DNA from: an uncultured Gammaproteobacteria bacterium
GTDB taxonomy: Bacteria; Patescibacteriota; Patescibacteriia; Veblenbacterales; UBA10138
Direction: 5' to 3'
Assembly: GCA_964566145.1 (NCBI GenBank)
Contig: CAZMHN010000001.1
Location: 16,945-80,944 of the forward strand
DNA length: 64,000 bases
Shown: positions 11,675 through 22,164 of the stretch, piece after piece
Layout: each line of letters begins with the position of its first letter
How positions within the stretch are numbered: position 1 is the first letter of the stretch
The notes under the pieces: generated by a model
What the model saw: only the letters and a program-made list of their open reading frames with translations
What the model was told of the DNA's origin: nothing
The model's database searches: none
Made by a program: the position numbers and the translations under genes

Positions 11675-13685
11675 ATACGGACACCACCCGGGATTCAAAC
11701 GTTTCGGCAGGGAGTTCGGACAAAAACCTGGAGGGCATGCCGGGCGCCGAGCTTCCGAACAGCCTGCGGTTCAGGGCGTACAAACAGTACACGCGCTCCT
11801 TGGCGCGGGTCAGGCCGACGTACATAAGCCTGCGCTCTTCCTCGAGCTCCAAGGGGTCGTCGAAAGATGAGGCATGCGGGAACAGACCCTCCTCCAGCCC
11901 CACCAGGAACACGTTGGTGAATTCCAAACCCTTGGCCGCGTGGAACGTCATGAGCGTCAGGCCGTTCCGGTTCGTCCGGTAGCTGTCCTGGTCCTGCCAC
12001 AAAGCGACCTCGGTCAGGAACTGTTCCAGGGGCTCCCTGCCCTTCCCGGGAGCTCGCTCCTCAGCCACGGTCTTGAGTTCTTGCACGTTCGCGAACCTGG
12101 CCTCGCCGTCCGCCGTGCCGTCCAACAGCTCATCTTTGTATCCGCTCTCCTCAAGCACCAGTTCAACGAGCTCGGACACGCTGGAATCCTGCACGTCCCG
12201 CTCCAGGCGTCCCATGAGGTCCGCGAACTCCTGAAGCGCACGGCCGCGGCTCCCGGACAACTGGGTGGTACGCGCCGCTTCGACGCTGCTCACGTCCCTG
12301 GCTTCGGCTTCGCGCAGAACGGCTTCGACCGCGGCCACGCCCAGCCCGCGCAAAGGAGCGAACACGGCTCGCCTGAAGCTGGCCCCGTCGTGCGGGTTCA
12401 CCAGCAACCTGAGGTACGCCAGCACGTCTTTTATCTCCCGCCGCTCGTAGAATCTGGTGCCGCCGATAAGCTGATAGGGCACGCCGGCCGTCAAACAGGC
12501 TTCTTCCAAAGCGCGGCTCTGCGCGTTCGTACGATAGAGCACCGCGGACTCCTTCAATTCCTCACCGGTGCCGTGGTATCTCACGAACGGCGTAACCTCC
12601 GGCAAAAGGCCTGTTTCCATGAGCGGCTCGTAAGTAAGCTCGCCTTCGCCCTGGCTCAGGCGCACCACTTCGCCTATAACGTACCGCGCCTCAGCGTTCT
12701 CATCCTCAACCGCCACCACCCGGATAGGCTCGCCTGCCGCATTCTCGGTCCACAGGGTTTTGTCCGCCTTGCGCTCGGCACGAGCCATAATGGCGTTGCC
12801 GGCCGCAATGATGACCTTGGTGGAGCGGTAGTTCTGTTCGAGCTTCACTATGCGCGCGTCGGGATAATCTTCATGAAACCGCAGAATGTTGCCGAAGTCG
12901 GCTCCGCGCCAGGAATAGATGGACTGCCAGTCGTCGCCGACCACGCACAGGTTCCGGCTGCCTTCGGCCAAGAGCCTAGCCCACAGGTACTGAACACGGT
13001 TCACATCCTGATACTCATCCACCAGGAGATAACGGAAACGCTGCTGGTACTGCTTCAGGAGCTCCGCGTCCTTCTGCCACAGCTCCACCATGCGCATCAA
13101 AAGATCATCAAAATCAAACGCCTTATCCCGGGCCAGGAAATCCTGGTACCTGGGGTAGAGTTCGGCCACCAGCCGGGTGAACGGCGTTTCGTCCTGCACC
13201 CATTCCGGGTACCCCTCCGGACCTATGAGCTCGGACTTGGCGCGTGAGACGGCCGAAAGCACGGCCTTGGGGCTTACGAGCCTCACCCCATAACCCTTTT
13301 CCTTCATAGCCTCTTTTATGAGCGCCAGCTGGTCGTCTTCGTCGTAGATGGAGAAGTGAGTCGGATACCCTAGGCGCGGCGCCTCCCGCCTGAGGAAGCG
13401 GGCGCTTATGGCATGGAACGTACCCACCGTGGGCTGCGGCGAAAGCGTCTTTCCCACCAACCTTTGTGTGCGTTCACGCATCTCTTTGGCCGCCTGATTC
13501 GTGAACGTTACCGCCAGGATAGAAGACGGCGCCGTGCCTTCATGGGCTATGAGGTAAGCCAAGCGGTGAACCAAAGTCTTGGTCTTGCCGCTACCCGCTC
13601 CGGCCAGAACCAGCAGAGGGCCTGCGGTAGTGACCACGGCCTGACGCTGTTCCGTATTAAGTCCTTGTAAGATGTCCTGGGGCAT
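11673..13685 (-). CDS. pcrA: ATP-dependent DNA helicase PcrA/UvrD
   Basis: 670 aa; AGAGSGKT, VDEYQD, GDDWQSIYSWRGA, LEQNYRS, HAAKGLEF, EERRLMYVGLTRA. Confidence 0.96.
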   Translation of the reverse strand: MPQDILQGLNTEQRQAVVTTAGPLLVLAGAGSGKTKTLVHRLAYLIAHEGTAPSSILAVTFTNQAAKEMRERTQRLVGKTLSPQPTVGTFHAISARFLRREAPRLGYPTHFSIYDEDDQLALIKEAMKEKGYGVRLVSPKAVLSAVSRAKSELIGPEGYPEWVQDETPFTRLVAELYPRYQDFLARDKAFDFDDLLMRMVELWQKDAELLKQYQQRFRYLLVDEYQDVNRVQYLWARLLAEGSRNLCVVGDDWQSIYSWRGADFGNILRFHEDYPDARIVKLEQNYRSTKVIIAAGNAIMARAERKADKTLWTENAAGEPIRVVAVEDENAEARYVIGEVVRLSQGEGELTYEPLMETGLLPEVTPFVRYHGTGEELKESAVLYRTNAQSRALEEACLTAGVPYQLIGGTRFYERREIKDVLAYLRLLVNPHDGASFRRAVFAPLRGLGVAAVEAVLREAEARDVSSVEAARTTQLSGSRGRALQEFADLMGRLERDVQDSSVSELVELVLEESGYKDELLDGTADGEARFANVQELKTVAEERAPGKGREPLEQFLTEVALWQDQDSYRTNRNGLTLMTFHAAKGLEFTNVFLVGLEEGLFPHASSFDDPLELEEERRLMYVGLTRAKERVYCLYALNRRLFGSSAPGMPSRFLSELPAETFESRVVSV

Positions 13686-13775
13686 GGCGGTTGACAGATG
13701 AACTTTTACGTGGTACAGTGCTCGCTGTCATTTGGAGCTCAACCTAACACTACGAGCCCCTGTATCGTCCCTAAC

Positions 13776-13994
13776 ATGGAACACTATCTACAAATCGCCC
13801 AGATGTCCGTATCGGTCCTGCTTATAGCCGCCATACTCCTACAGAATCGCGGCGCGGGCCTGGGCGGCATATTCGGCGGCGAAGGCAACGTCTATCGTAC
13901 CAAACGCGGCTTCGAACGCATACTCTTCTGGGCGACCATAGTCTTAAGCGTCGCCTTCTTCGGTCTGGCGCTCGCCAGCCTAGTGCTCCCGTAA
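13776..13994 (+). CDS. secG: Preprotein translocase subunit SecG
   Basis: ILLQNRGAGLGGIFGG...TKRGFERIL, two TM segments; promoter TTGACA-N17-TACAGT at 13691-13719. Confidence 0.93.
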   Translation: MEHYLQIAQMSVSVLLIAAILLQNRGAGLGGIFGGEGNVYRTKRGFERILFWATIVLSVAFFGLALASLVLP

Positions 13995-14055
13995 ACCAAG
14001 TTCGGCTATTCTCCGACAGCTCACGCGCAAACTGCACCATGCGATAGGTAAGCGC

Positions 14056-15816
14056 ATGGCTGTGGCGTGGAAGCTCCTGTACGGGAGCTCCGAAACCGCC
14101 ACCGACCACGCCTACCGTCACATACTCCGAGGATCACTGCCTACCGTGCGGCAATGGTCACTTTTGCCGCGCGTTCTGTCGCGTCAGGAACGCCGTACCG
14201 CCGGGGCCCTCCTTATCCTCGTTGCGGTAGTCCTCGCGCTGGCCGGCTGGCGGTGGTTCGAGCGGAATTCCGTACTGACGCCCCAGACGAACGGGGAATT
14301 CAACGAAGCCATTATCGGACAACCGACGACCGCCAACCCCCTCCTGGCCGTGACCGAGGCGGACCTGACTCTGGCCCAGCTCACGCATCGCGGCCTGTTC
14401 CGCGCGAACGGCCGGGGCGACATCGAGCCGGACCTGGCGGAATCATATTCGGTGGACGCGACACTGTCCACCTACCGAGTAACCCTCAGGCCCGCGCTTA
14501 CCTGGTCTGACGGCATGCCGATGACGGCAGATGACGTCGTGTTCACGGTTCAGGCCCTGCAGAACCCAAAGCTCATGAGTCCGTATGCAGTCACCATGAG
14601 TGACATTGCCGCAGAGCGCGAAGATGAGCGCACCGTACGCTTCACGCTCAAAGAGCCTTACGTGCCTTTCCCGTACGCCCTCACTTTCGGAGTGGTGCCG
14701 GCCCACGTCTGGCAAAACATCCCTTTTGAGCGCTGGGCTGACGCCGAAACCAACCTGCGCCCGGTAGGCAGCGGCCCGTATGCCTTTCGTTCACTGACGC
14801 GCGACGGCCAGGGAGTGGTACGGAACTACGTACTGGAACCCAACCCGCACACACATACGGCCGTGCCGTATCTAAAGCGCATAACCTTGCGGTTCTACCC
14901 GGACTACACCTCGGCCATAGACGGACTGCGGCAGGGCGCAGTGGACGGTGTCGGTGGCGTGTCACGCGCCGCGCTTGCCGGCCTCAGCAGCCGGAGGTTT
15001 GTAACCCATGACCTCACACTGCCGCAATACACCGCCGTGTTCTACAACCCGCGCACAAGCTCGATCTTGAAAGAACGCGGCATAAGGACAGGCTTGAGCT
15101 ATGCCATCAACCGCCCCTCGCTCATCCAGGAAGCCATCGGCGGCGCGGCCAAACCCGCCACCAGCATATTCACCTACGGAGAACTCAAGGTTAAAACAGC
15201 GCCGCAAGGCATAACCTACGACCCGACCAGAGCAGTGCAGCTTTTCGAAACCGCCGGGTTCAAACGGACTGACACAAACGCCCAGTTCACAAAAGGCGAT
15301 AACGCGCTCGGATTCACGCTCACGGTGCCGGACCACGAAGACCTTGTTCAGACGGCCGAAGCTCTAAGGCGTCAATGGGCCGAGGCCGGCGTCACGGTGA
15401 CCTTGGACATAGTATCGGCCGATTCCCTGGCTGAGGTGATACGGGGCCATGCCTACGAGGCCCTGCTCATGACCGAAATCCTCGGCCTCGACCCCGACCC
15501 CTATCCCTTCTGGCACTCATCACAGGCCGAACCCGGATTGAACGTAGCGCTGTTCCAGCATCGCGACGCGGACGAATTACTGTCACAGGCCCGGCGCGAG
15601 CCGGACGCGGCCAAACGCCAGGAGCTGTACGTGGCATTCCAGAACATACTCAACGAGTACCAGCCGGCCACCCTCCTATACAGCGCCACTTACAGCTACG
15701 TCATGGCCCGGGGACTTTCCGGATTCTCGACCGAAGTCATCGCCTCGCCGCCTGACCGGCTGCAGAGCCTGGGCTCCTGGTACCGTGCGACCGAGCGGCA
15801 CTGGAAAAATAATTAA
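14056..15816 (+). CDS. Peptide/nickel ABC transporter substrate-binding protein (family 5, OppA-like), membrane anchored
   Basis: PDLAESY, WSDGMPMTADDVVFT, PVGSGPY motifs; N-terminal TM without a lipobox. Confidence 0.9.
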   Translation: MAVAWKLLYGSSETATDHAYRHILRGSLPTVRQWSLLPRVLSRQERRTAGALLILVAVVLALAGWRWFERNSVLTPQTNGEFNEAIIGQPTTANPLLAVTEADLTLAQLTHRGLFRANGRGDIEPDLAESYSVDATLSTYRVTLRPALTWSDGMPMTADDVVFTVQALQNPKLMSPYAVTMSDIAAEREDERTVRFTLKEPYVPFPYALTFGVVPAHVWQNIPFERWADAETNLRPVGSGPYAFRSLTRDGQGVVRNYVLEPNPHTHTAVPYLKRITLRFYPDYTSAIDGLRQGAVDGVGGVSRAALAGLSSRRFVTHDLTLPQYTAVFYNPRTSSILKERGIRTGLSYAINRPSLIQEAIGGAAKPATSIFTYGELKVKTAPQGITYDPTRAVQLFETAGFKRTDTNAQFTKGDNALGFTLTVPDHEDLVQTAEALRRQWAEAGVTVTLDIVSADSLAEVIRGHAYEALLMTEILGLDPDPYPFWHSSQAEPGLNVALFQHRDADELLSQARREPDAAKRQELYVAFQNILNEYQPATLLYSATYSYVMARGLSGFSTEVIASPPDRLQSLGSWYRATERHWKNN

Positions 15817-15892
15817 TTATGTAGTACCCTAAAGTACCGACGTTAGAAGCGCTCCGCAGGGCCTCACTTACACACCCTGCGGTACACATGGG

Positions 15893-15979
15893 GGGCGAGT
15901 GGCGGAATTGGTATACGCGTACGCTTCAGGAGCGTATGGCCGTAAGGTCGTGAGGGTTCAAGTCCCTCCTCGCCCACCA
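15893..15979 (+). tRNA. tRNA-Leu(CAG)
   Basis: Acceptor stem GGGCGAG/CTCGCCC, ACCA end, anticodon arm TACGC-TTCAGGA-GCGTA, long variable arm, GTTCAAGTC T-loop. Confidence 0.97.
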
Positions 15980-16105
15980 CGTGTACTCACCTTGGCGCCC
16001 ATGTCCGTAGCGCCACAGGAATCCTACGACGACCTGCGCGAAACAGGTCACCTAATCTCAAGCCGCCTGGGAATTTAAACAACCCACCGCGGCATTCACT
16101 CACGT

Positions 16106-17980
16106 ATGCATCAACCAATCAACAAATATCCAGGTTCTCGACAGAACCCGCGGCACAGACGCCATTCACATGGCGGACGGCCGCAACCAACGAACGCCAT
16201 AGACGGCACTGGTGCCTGGCTGGCTTCGGACCCTTCGCGGGGAGGCGCTGAACAGCGAACCCCCCGCCTGCACCAATCATCGCCGCCCCAGCACCACGCC
16301 CATCCAGTAGGCGAGCCCCGCCTTCGGATAATCCCATTGGGCGGACAGGAGGAAGTGGGGCGCAACATGACCGTATTCGAATACGGCAACGACATAGTGG
16401 TCCTCGACATCGGACTTCAGTTCCCGGAAGAGGACATGCCGGGAGTTGACTACATCATCCCGGATACCAGGTACCTTGCGGGCAAGGAGAACCGCATCCG
16501 CGGCGTCATCCTGTCGCACGGCCACCTTGACCACATTGGCGCCGTGCCGCACATTCTGCCGAAGCTCGGCTGGCCTCCAGTATACGCCAGCAGGCTGACC
16601 ATGGCCCTGGTGCGCAAGCGCTTGGAAGAATCCAAGCTCACGCGATACCTCAAGGCCTATGAGATCAAATCGGAACACGAGCAGTTCACCTTCGGAAAGA
16701 TGCGCGTGTCGCTGTTCAACGTGACGCACAGCATCATGGACGCATTCGGCGTCGTCATCCAAACCCCGCACGCTAACGTAGTACACCTGGGGGACTGGAA
16801 GTACGACCTCGACCCTGTGAACGGCCGGCCCACCGACTTCTCGCATCTGGCGAAATGGAACACCCGAACCGCGCCCTCCATCCTCATGATGGAATCGCTG
16901 GGTTCCACCAGAGAGGGCTCTCAGCTCTCCGAGGTCGAGGTGTACAAGAACCTAAAGAGCATCATCGAAAAGGCCCCGGCCCGCATCATTGTGGCCACGT
17001 TCGCCTCCATGGTGGAACGCGTGGCGCAGATGGTCAGCATAGCCGAAGAACTTGGGAAAAAAGTAGCCTTAGACGGGTACTCCATGAAGATGAACATGGA
17101 GATAGCCAAGAAAATAGGCTATGTGAAATTCAAACCCACCACCCTGATAGACGTAAGACGCATCCATGACTACCCGCCGAACAAAGTCATCGTGATATGC
17201 ACCGGGGCGCAGGGCGAGGACCGGGCGGTGCTCATGCGCATAGCCACCGGCGCGCACAAGCACATTAAAGTTGAGAAGTCGGACACCATCGTTTTCTCCT
17301 CTTCGGTCATTCCTGGCAACGAACGCACGATCCAGCGCCTCAAGGATACTTTGTACCGACAGGGGGCAAATGTCATCCACAAGGAAATCATGGACGTACA
17401 CGGCGGCGGTCACGCTCTCATGGAAGACATCAAACTTCTCATCCGGCAGGTGAGGCCGAAATATCTGGTGCCGGTATACGCCAATCACTACCTGTTGCGC
17501 GAAGGCGGCAAGGTGGCCCAGAGCGTCGGCATGCCGCCACAGAACATCTTCTACCTGGACAACGGCAGCGTCCTTGAAGTCCTGCCGCAGGGGCCGCACG
17601 TGCTCAATGAAAAAGTGCCCATCGAATACGTGTTCGTGGACGGCCTGGGCGTGGGCGACGTGAGCCATGTGGTCATACGCGACCGGCAGATACTTTCGGC
17701 CGACGGGATGTTCGTCATTGTAGCCACAGTGGACGGCAAGACCGGCAAGCTGGTAAGCTCCCCGGACATCATCTCGCGCGGCTTCGTATACATGCGCGAC
17801 TCCAAAAAGCTCATCGACGAGACCAGGACAAAGATAAAACAAATCCTCGGCTCACAGAGCAAACAGCAGATTGCGGATGAAACCTACCTCAAGGATAAGA
17901 TAAGGAACGATATAGGCCAATTCCTGTTCCAGAGGACGGAACGTAGGCCCATGATCCTCCCCATCCTCATTACGGTGTAA
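16106..17980 (+). CDS. rnj: Ribonuclease J
   Basis: IIPLGGQEEVGRNM, HGHLDHIG metallo-beta-lactamase motif, HGGGH, ERRPMILP; low-complexity N-terminal extension. Confidence 0.97.
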   Translation: MHQPINKYPGSRQNPRHRRHSHGGRPQPTNAIDGTGAWLASDPSRGGAEQRTPRLHQSSPPQHHAHPVGEPRLRIIPLGGQEEVGRNMTVFEYGNDIVVLDIGLQFPEEDMPGVDYIIPDTRYLAGKENRIRGVILSHGHLDHIGAVPHILPKLGWPPVYASRLTMALVRKRLEESKLTRYLKAYEIKSEHEQFTFGKMRVSLFNVTHSIMDAFGVVIQTPHANVVHLGDWKYDLDPVNGRPTDFSHLAKWNTRTAPSILMMESLGSTREGSQLSEVEVYKNLKSIIEKAPARIIVATFASMVERVAQMVSIAEELGKKVALDGYSMKMNMEIAKKIGYVKFKPTTLIDVRRIHDYPPNKVIVICTGAQGEDRAVLMRIATGAHKHIKVEKSDTIVFSSSVIPGNERTIQRLKDTLYRQGANVIHKEIMDVHGGGHALMEDIKLLIRQVRPKYLVPVYANHYLLREGGKVAQSVGMPPQNIFYLDNGSVLEVLPQGPHVLNEKVPIEYVFVDGLGVGDVSHVVIRDRQILSADGMFVIVATVDGKTGKLVSSPDIISRGFVYMRDSKKLIDETRTKIKQILGSQSKQQIADETYLKDKIRNDIGQFLFQRTERRPMILPILITV

Positions 17981-17998
17981 ACTGTAGCTGAGACGCCT

Positions 17999-18991
17999 AT
18001 GGTACCAAAGAACAAAGCGATACTCTCCGGCATACAGCCCTCGGGTGCCTTGCACCTGGGAAACTACTTGGGAGCCCTAAAGAACTGGGTTCTGCTGCAG
18101 GAAGCCAACCGGTGCTTCTTCACCATTGTGGACCTGCACGCCATCACGGTGCCGTACGAACCCAAGGAACTCCCCAAACGGGTCATGGAAATGGCCGTGG
18201 ATTTTCTGGCCTCGGGCATAGACCCGGAAAAGAGCGTGCTCTTCGTTCAGTCCCATGTTCCGGAACATACCGAGCTTATGTGGCTGCTCAATACCATCAC
18301 CCCTTTGGGCGAGCTCGAGCGCATGACCCAGTTCAAGGACAAATCCGACCAACATCGCGAAGCTCTGAACGCCGGCCTCCTCAACTATCCCTTGCTGATG
18401 GCGGCCGACATTCTGCTATATCAGCCTGACCTTGTGCCGGTAGGCGAAGACCAGGTCCAGCATGTCGAGCTTACACGCGTGGTCGCACGCAAGTTCAACA
18501 GCACCTTCGGCGAGTACTTCAAGGAACCGAAGGTGTACGAAGCCCAGGTGCCCCGCGTCATGTCCTTGCTGGAACCTTCAAAGAAGATGTCTAAATCGTT
18601 CGGCGCAAACCACTGCCTGTTCCTGTCCGACGAACCCGACGTCATACGCAAGAAGATAGCCAAAGCTGTTACTGACGAGGGCGGGGGCACGGGTCAGCGG
18701 TTCTCCGGCGGCGCGAACCTCCTGCAACTGTTCAAGGTGCTGTCTGATGATAAACCGTTAAAACAGCAGTTCGACGAAGCCTACCGAGCGGGCGAACTGA
18801 AATACAGCGAATTCAAGCCTGTCCTGTCCGAAACCATTGTCAAAATCTTGGAACCCATTCGCGAAAAACGGAAAGAGCTACTGGCCAAACCCAAGCAGGT
18901 TGAAAAGACTTTACTGTCAGGCCGAGACGCCGCACGCGTAGTGGCAGGCAAGACCATCATGGAAGTGAAGGAAAGGATGGGGCTGACATAG
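17999..18991 (+). CDS. trpS: Tryptophan--tRNA ligase
   Basis: SGIQPSGALHLGNYLGA, YPLLMAADIL, VPVGEDQ, KMSKS. Confidence 0.99.
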   Translation: MVPKNKAILSGIQPSGALHLGNYLGALKNWVLLQEANRCFFTIVDLHAITVPYEPKELPKRVMEMAVDFLASGIDPEKSVLFVQSHVPEHTELMWLLNTITPLGELERMTQFKDKSDQHREALNAGLLNYPLLMAADILLYQPDLVPVGEDQVQHVELTRVVARKFNSTFGEYFKEPKVYEAQVPRVMSLLEPSKKMSKSFGANHCLFLSDEPDVIRKKIAKAVTDEGGGTGQRFSGGANLLQLFKVLSDDKPLKQQFDEAYRAGELKYSEFKPVLSETIVKILEPIREKRKELLAKPKQVEKTLLSGRDAARVVAGKTIMEVKERMGLT

Positions 18992-18999
18992 CTGATACT

Positions 19000-19034
19000 A
19001 AACCGCCCCGCCTGTCATAGGCGGGGCGGTTTTT
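19000..19034. terminator. Terminator between convergent trpS and the dehydrogenase gene
   Basis: AAACCGCCCCGCCT-gtcat-AGGCGGGGCGGTTTTT. Confidence 0.85.
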
Positions 19035-19045
19035 GTTTCATCCGG

Positions 19046-20050
19046 CTATGGCTTCACGACATTCATCGGCTTGCCGTCCAAAAATCCCTGTATGTTCTCT
19101 ACGGTCGTATCCAAAATCCGCCTGATAGCCTCCTGACTGTTGAAGGCGTTGTGCGGAGTGATGATGACGTCATCCCTAGACTGAAGCACGTGGTTGGCCA
19201 CCAGGTTCCGGTAGTCGACGGTTTTGTGGAACTCCGGGCTCAAAACCTGGCTCTCCTCGCGTATATTGGACTCCTCCTCCAGCACGTCCAACCCGGCACC
19301 GGAAAGCGTTCCGCTCTGGAGCGCGCGTACAAGAGCCTGCGTGTCCACCAAGCCGCCGCGCGCCGTATTCACCAGCACCGCGCCGCGTTTTATGAGCTTC
19401 ATGTTATCGGCGTTCAACAAATGATGCGTCGAGGGCAGGTAGGGAGCATGGAGCGTGATGACATCCGACTCCTTGAGAAGTGCGTCCAGTGAAACATACT
19501 CGAATTTGAGCGCCGCGGCCAGGTCAGGCTTGGGCTGAGGGTCGAACACAAGCACGCGCATCTCGAATGCCTTGGCGATACGAGCCACGTGTTGGCCAAT
19601 GTGCCCGCATCCGATAACACCCAAAGTCTTATCTTTGAGATCGAATCCTCTAAGGCTCTCGTCGATCTGGAAATTGCCCCGCTCGGTGCGCTCATATGAT
19701 TGGAATACCTTCCGTGACAGCGCCAGTATCAAAGCCCAGGTGTGCTCGGCCACCGTATTCTCGCCGTAGTGAGGCACGTTCGCTACGACCACTCCGCGAG
19801 CCTTAGCGGCGGCAAGGTCGACGTGGTCGAACCCAGTGGAGCGGGTAGCTACGAACTTCAGTGCGGGGAAGCGCTCGAGTTCGGCCTGACCTACGGGCGT
19901 GTAGATGAACGGCGAGAGCACTTCCGCCTCCGGGAACGCGTCGCCCGGCTCCAAGGGACGCGTAAGCAAGGATAACTCATGTCCTGCCAGGCGTTCTTTG
20001 AGATAGGGTTCTTCCCACCCCTCAAGCTCAGTGAATACGATGTGCGCCAT
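19046..20050 (-). CDS. D-2-hydroxyacid dehydrogenase (D-lactate dehydrogenase-like)
   Basis: TRSTGFDHVD, GVIGCGHIG, VNTARGGLVD, ITPHNAF. Confidence 0.92.
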   Translation of the reverse strand: MAHIVFTELEGWEEPYLKERLAGHELSLLTRPLEPGDAFPEAEVLSPFIYTPVGQAELERFPALKFVATRSTGFDHVDLAAAKARGVVVANVPHYGENTVAEHTWALILALSRKVFQSYERTERGNFQIDESLRGFDLKDKTLGVIGCGHIGQHVARIAKAFEMRVLVFDPQPKPDLAAALKFEYVSLDALLKESDVITLHAPYLPSTHHLLNADNMKLIKRGAVLVNTARGGLVDTQALVRALQSGTLSGAGLDVLEEESNIREESQVLSPEFHKTVDYRNLVANHVLQSRDDVIITPHNAFNSQEAIRRILDTTVENIQGFLDGKPMNVVKP

Positions 20051-20056
20051 AAGCCG

Positions 20057-20839
20057 CTAGAGCGTTACCTTCTCCACCTGAACGGTACGCCGGAGCCACT
20101 TCTGGGCGATTTCGACCGTATGTGGCGCCGCGTCAGTTAAACAGAACTCGCTCTCCCCCTCCGACAGCTTCTTGGCCTCGGACGGGTACTCCTGAAGCCA
20201 ATCGTAGAGCGCCTGGGCGGTTGCTTCGGCCGGGTCTATGAGGCGCGTACGTTTCGGGATCCTGGCCTGGATGACTTCCTTGAACAACGGGTAGTGCGTA
20301 CAGGCCAGGACCAGCGTATCGACCTGGGCCTGCTTGAACGGGGTGAGATACCGCTTGACTATGCGCTTGCTCTCCGGCTTGTCCACCCAGCCTTCCTCGG
20401 CCAGAGGCACCAGGAGAGGAGCGGCATGAGCGAACACCCGTATGTCCTTCTGGGCCGACAGTAACCTTTGGTATACGTTGCTGCCCACAAGCGCCCGCGT
20501 ACCCATGACGCCGACGCGCGCAACCTTGGGTAGCGCCCGCACGGCCGTCACCGCCGGGGTAATGACGTCGAAGAGCGGCACCTTGGGAAACTCGGCGCGC
20601 AAAGCCTCAAGACCTACGGCCGACACAGAATTACAAGCCACGACCAGCACCTTGGCGCCCGCACGCACCAGGAACCGCGCCGCCTCAACGCCATACTCAC
20701 TGACCACCTCGGGCGACTTATTGCCGTACGGCGTGCGGGCTGTATCGCCGAAATACAAAAGCTTCACCTTGGGCAAGCGCTTTGCCACTTCCCTAAGGAC
20801 CGTGAGCCCGCCAATGCCCGAATCAAACAATCCTATCAT
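20057..20839 (-). CDS. murI: Glutamate racemase
   Basis: IGLFDSGIGGLTV, ACNS, LACTHYP. Confidence 0.97.
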   Translation of the reverse strand: MIGLFDSGIGGLTVLREVAKRLPKVKLLYFGDTARTPYGNKSPEVVSEYGVEAARFLVRAGAKVLVVACNSVSAVGLEALRAEFPKVPLFDVITPAVTAVRALPKVARVGVMGTRALVGSNVYQRLLSAQKDIRVFAHAAPLLVPLAEEGWVDKPESKRIVKRYLTPFKQAQVDTLVLACTHYPLFKEVIQARIPKRTRLIDPAEATAQALYDWLQEYPSEAKKLSEGESEFCLTDAAPHTVEIAQKWLRRTVQVEKVTL

Positions 20840-22164
20840 ATGCCGTGTACCAGCTTCTGGAGCAAGTCCTGCTTCTCCCGTAACATAGCTTGATCTTTGG
20901 CCTCAATGGTCACGCGTATCAACGGCTCGGTATTGGATGGCCGCACATTGCACCACCAATCCGGGTAGGTAGCCGTAACCCCGTCCATCTCATCCTGCTC
21001 CGCGTCAGCGAACGTTTCCTTCACTTTTCGCAAGACCGCGTCCTTATCCTGCACTTCGAAGTTCATTTCCGGCGCCTTGGAGTACGGCGAGTACTCTTTT
21101 GTGAGCTCAGACAGAGGCCGGCCCAAACGCGACAGGGTCTCCAGGACCAAGAGGGCCGCTATCATGCCCGAATCCGCCGAAGCATTATCTTTGAACGAAT
21201 AGTGTGCCGAGAGCTCGCCTCCCATAACCGCGCCCTGGTGCAAAAGCGCCTGGCTCACGTTCACGTAGCCCACGGCCGTACGGATGGGCTTGCCTCCCCA
21301 CCGCGTGATGAATTCGGGCACGGCCCGGGAACAAATAAGATTGTAGGCTATGCCCGCGCCGGGCTGGCGCTCAAGCAGCTCGCGGGCCAGCAACAACAGC
21401 GTCACATCGGCAGGCACGAACTCGCCGCGCTCGTCCAAAAAGAAGATGCGGTCCGTATCGCCGTCAAACATAATACCGGCATCTGCGTGCACCTCCCGCA
21501 CTTTCTTAGAGCAAGCCTGCGACGCGCCCGGGGCCAGCGGATTCGACGGACGATTCGGGAACGAACCGTCAAGCTCGAAGTGCATAGACTCCACCTGAAA
21601 GGGCAATCCCTGAAAAAGCTGGGGTATGGCTTTTCCGGCCATGCCGTTGCCGGCGTCTATGACGATCTTCAGTGGCTTGAGAATCGATTCGTCAACGAAC
21701 GAACGAACGTGCGCCACGTATGACGGCCAAACGTCGAACGTGCTGAAACTGCCCGGCGGCCCCGCCTGTCTGCCGACCGAACGCACAACCTCGGCCAGTT
21801 CGCGTCCCCTGACCCACTGCGTATTCTTCCGCATGATTTTGAACCCGTTGTACTCGGGCGGATTGTGCGAGGCGGTCACCATCACACCTACGTCGTAGCC
21901 GTGCTTGGCCACGGCAAAATACATGGCGTCAATCGGCACCATCTCGATATCGTCCACTGCCAATCCTCCTTCACGCAGGCCGTCTATCAAAGCTTGGTGT
22001 AGCTGGGGGGACGACAGCCGCATATCCCTGCCGACCACGGCCCGGCCCGCACCTACAAACGACGCAACGGCCAGGCCGATGGAGCGGGCGGCCTCTTCAT
22101 CGAGCTCCGCAGGGTACACCCCGCGAATGTCATACGCCCTGAAGATGCTATAGTTGAGCGCCAT
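20836..22164 (-). CDS. Phosphomannomutase/phosphoglucomutase
   Basis: Start placed at MALNYSIFRAYDIRG (22164); TASHNP, FDGDTDR, GGELSAH, RPSNTEP. Confidence 0.95.
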   Translation of the reverse strand: MALNYSIFRAYDIRGVYPAELDEEAARSIGLAVASFVGAGRAVVGRDMRLSSPQLHQALIDGLREGGLAVDDIEMVPIDAMYFAVAKHGYDVGVMVTASHNPPEYNGFKIMRKNTQWVRGRELAEVVRSVGRQAGPPGSFSTFDVWPSYVAHVRSFVDESILKPLKIVIDAGNGMAGKAIPQLFQGLPFQVESMHFELDGSFPNRPSNPLAPGASQACSKKVREVHADAGIMFDGDTDRIFFLDERGEFVPADVTLLLLARELLERQPGAGIAYNLICSRAVPEFITRWGGKPIRTAVGYVNVSQALLHQGAVMGGELSAHYSFKDNASADSGMIAALLVLETLSRLGRPLSELTKEYSPYSKAPEMNFEVQDKDAVLRKVKETFADAEQDEMDGVTATYPDWWCNVRPSNTEPLIRVTIEAKDQAMLREKQDLLQKLVHGI

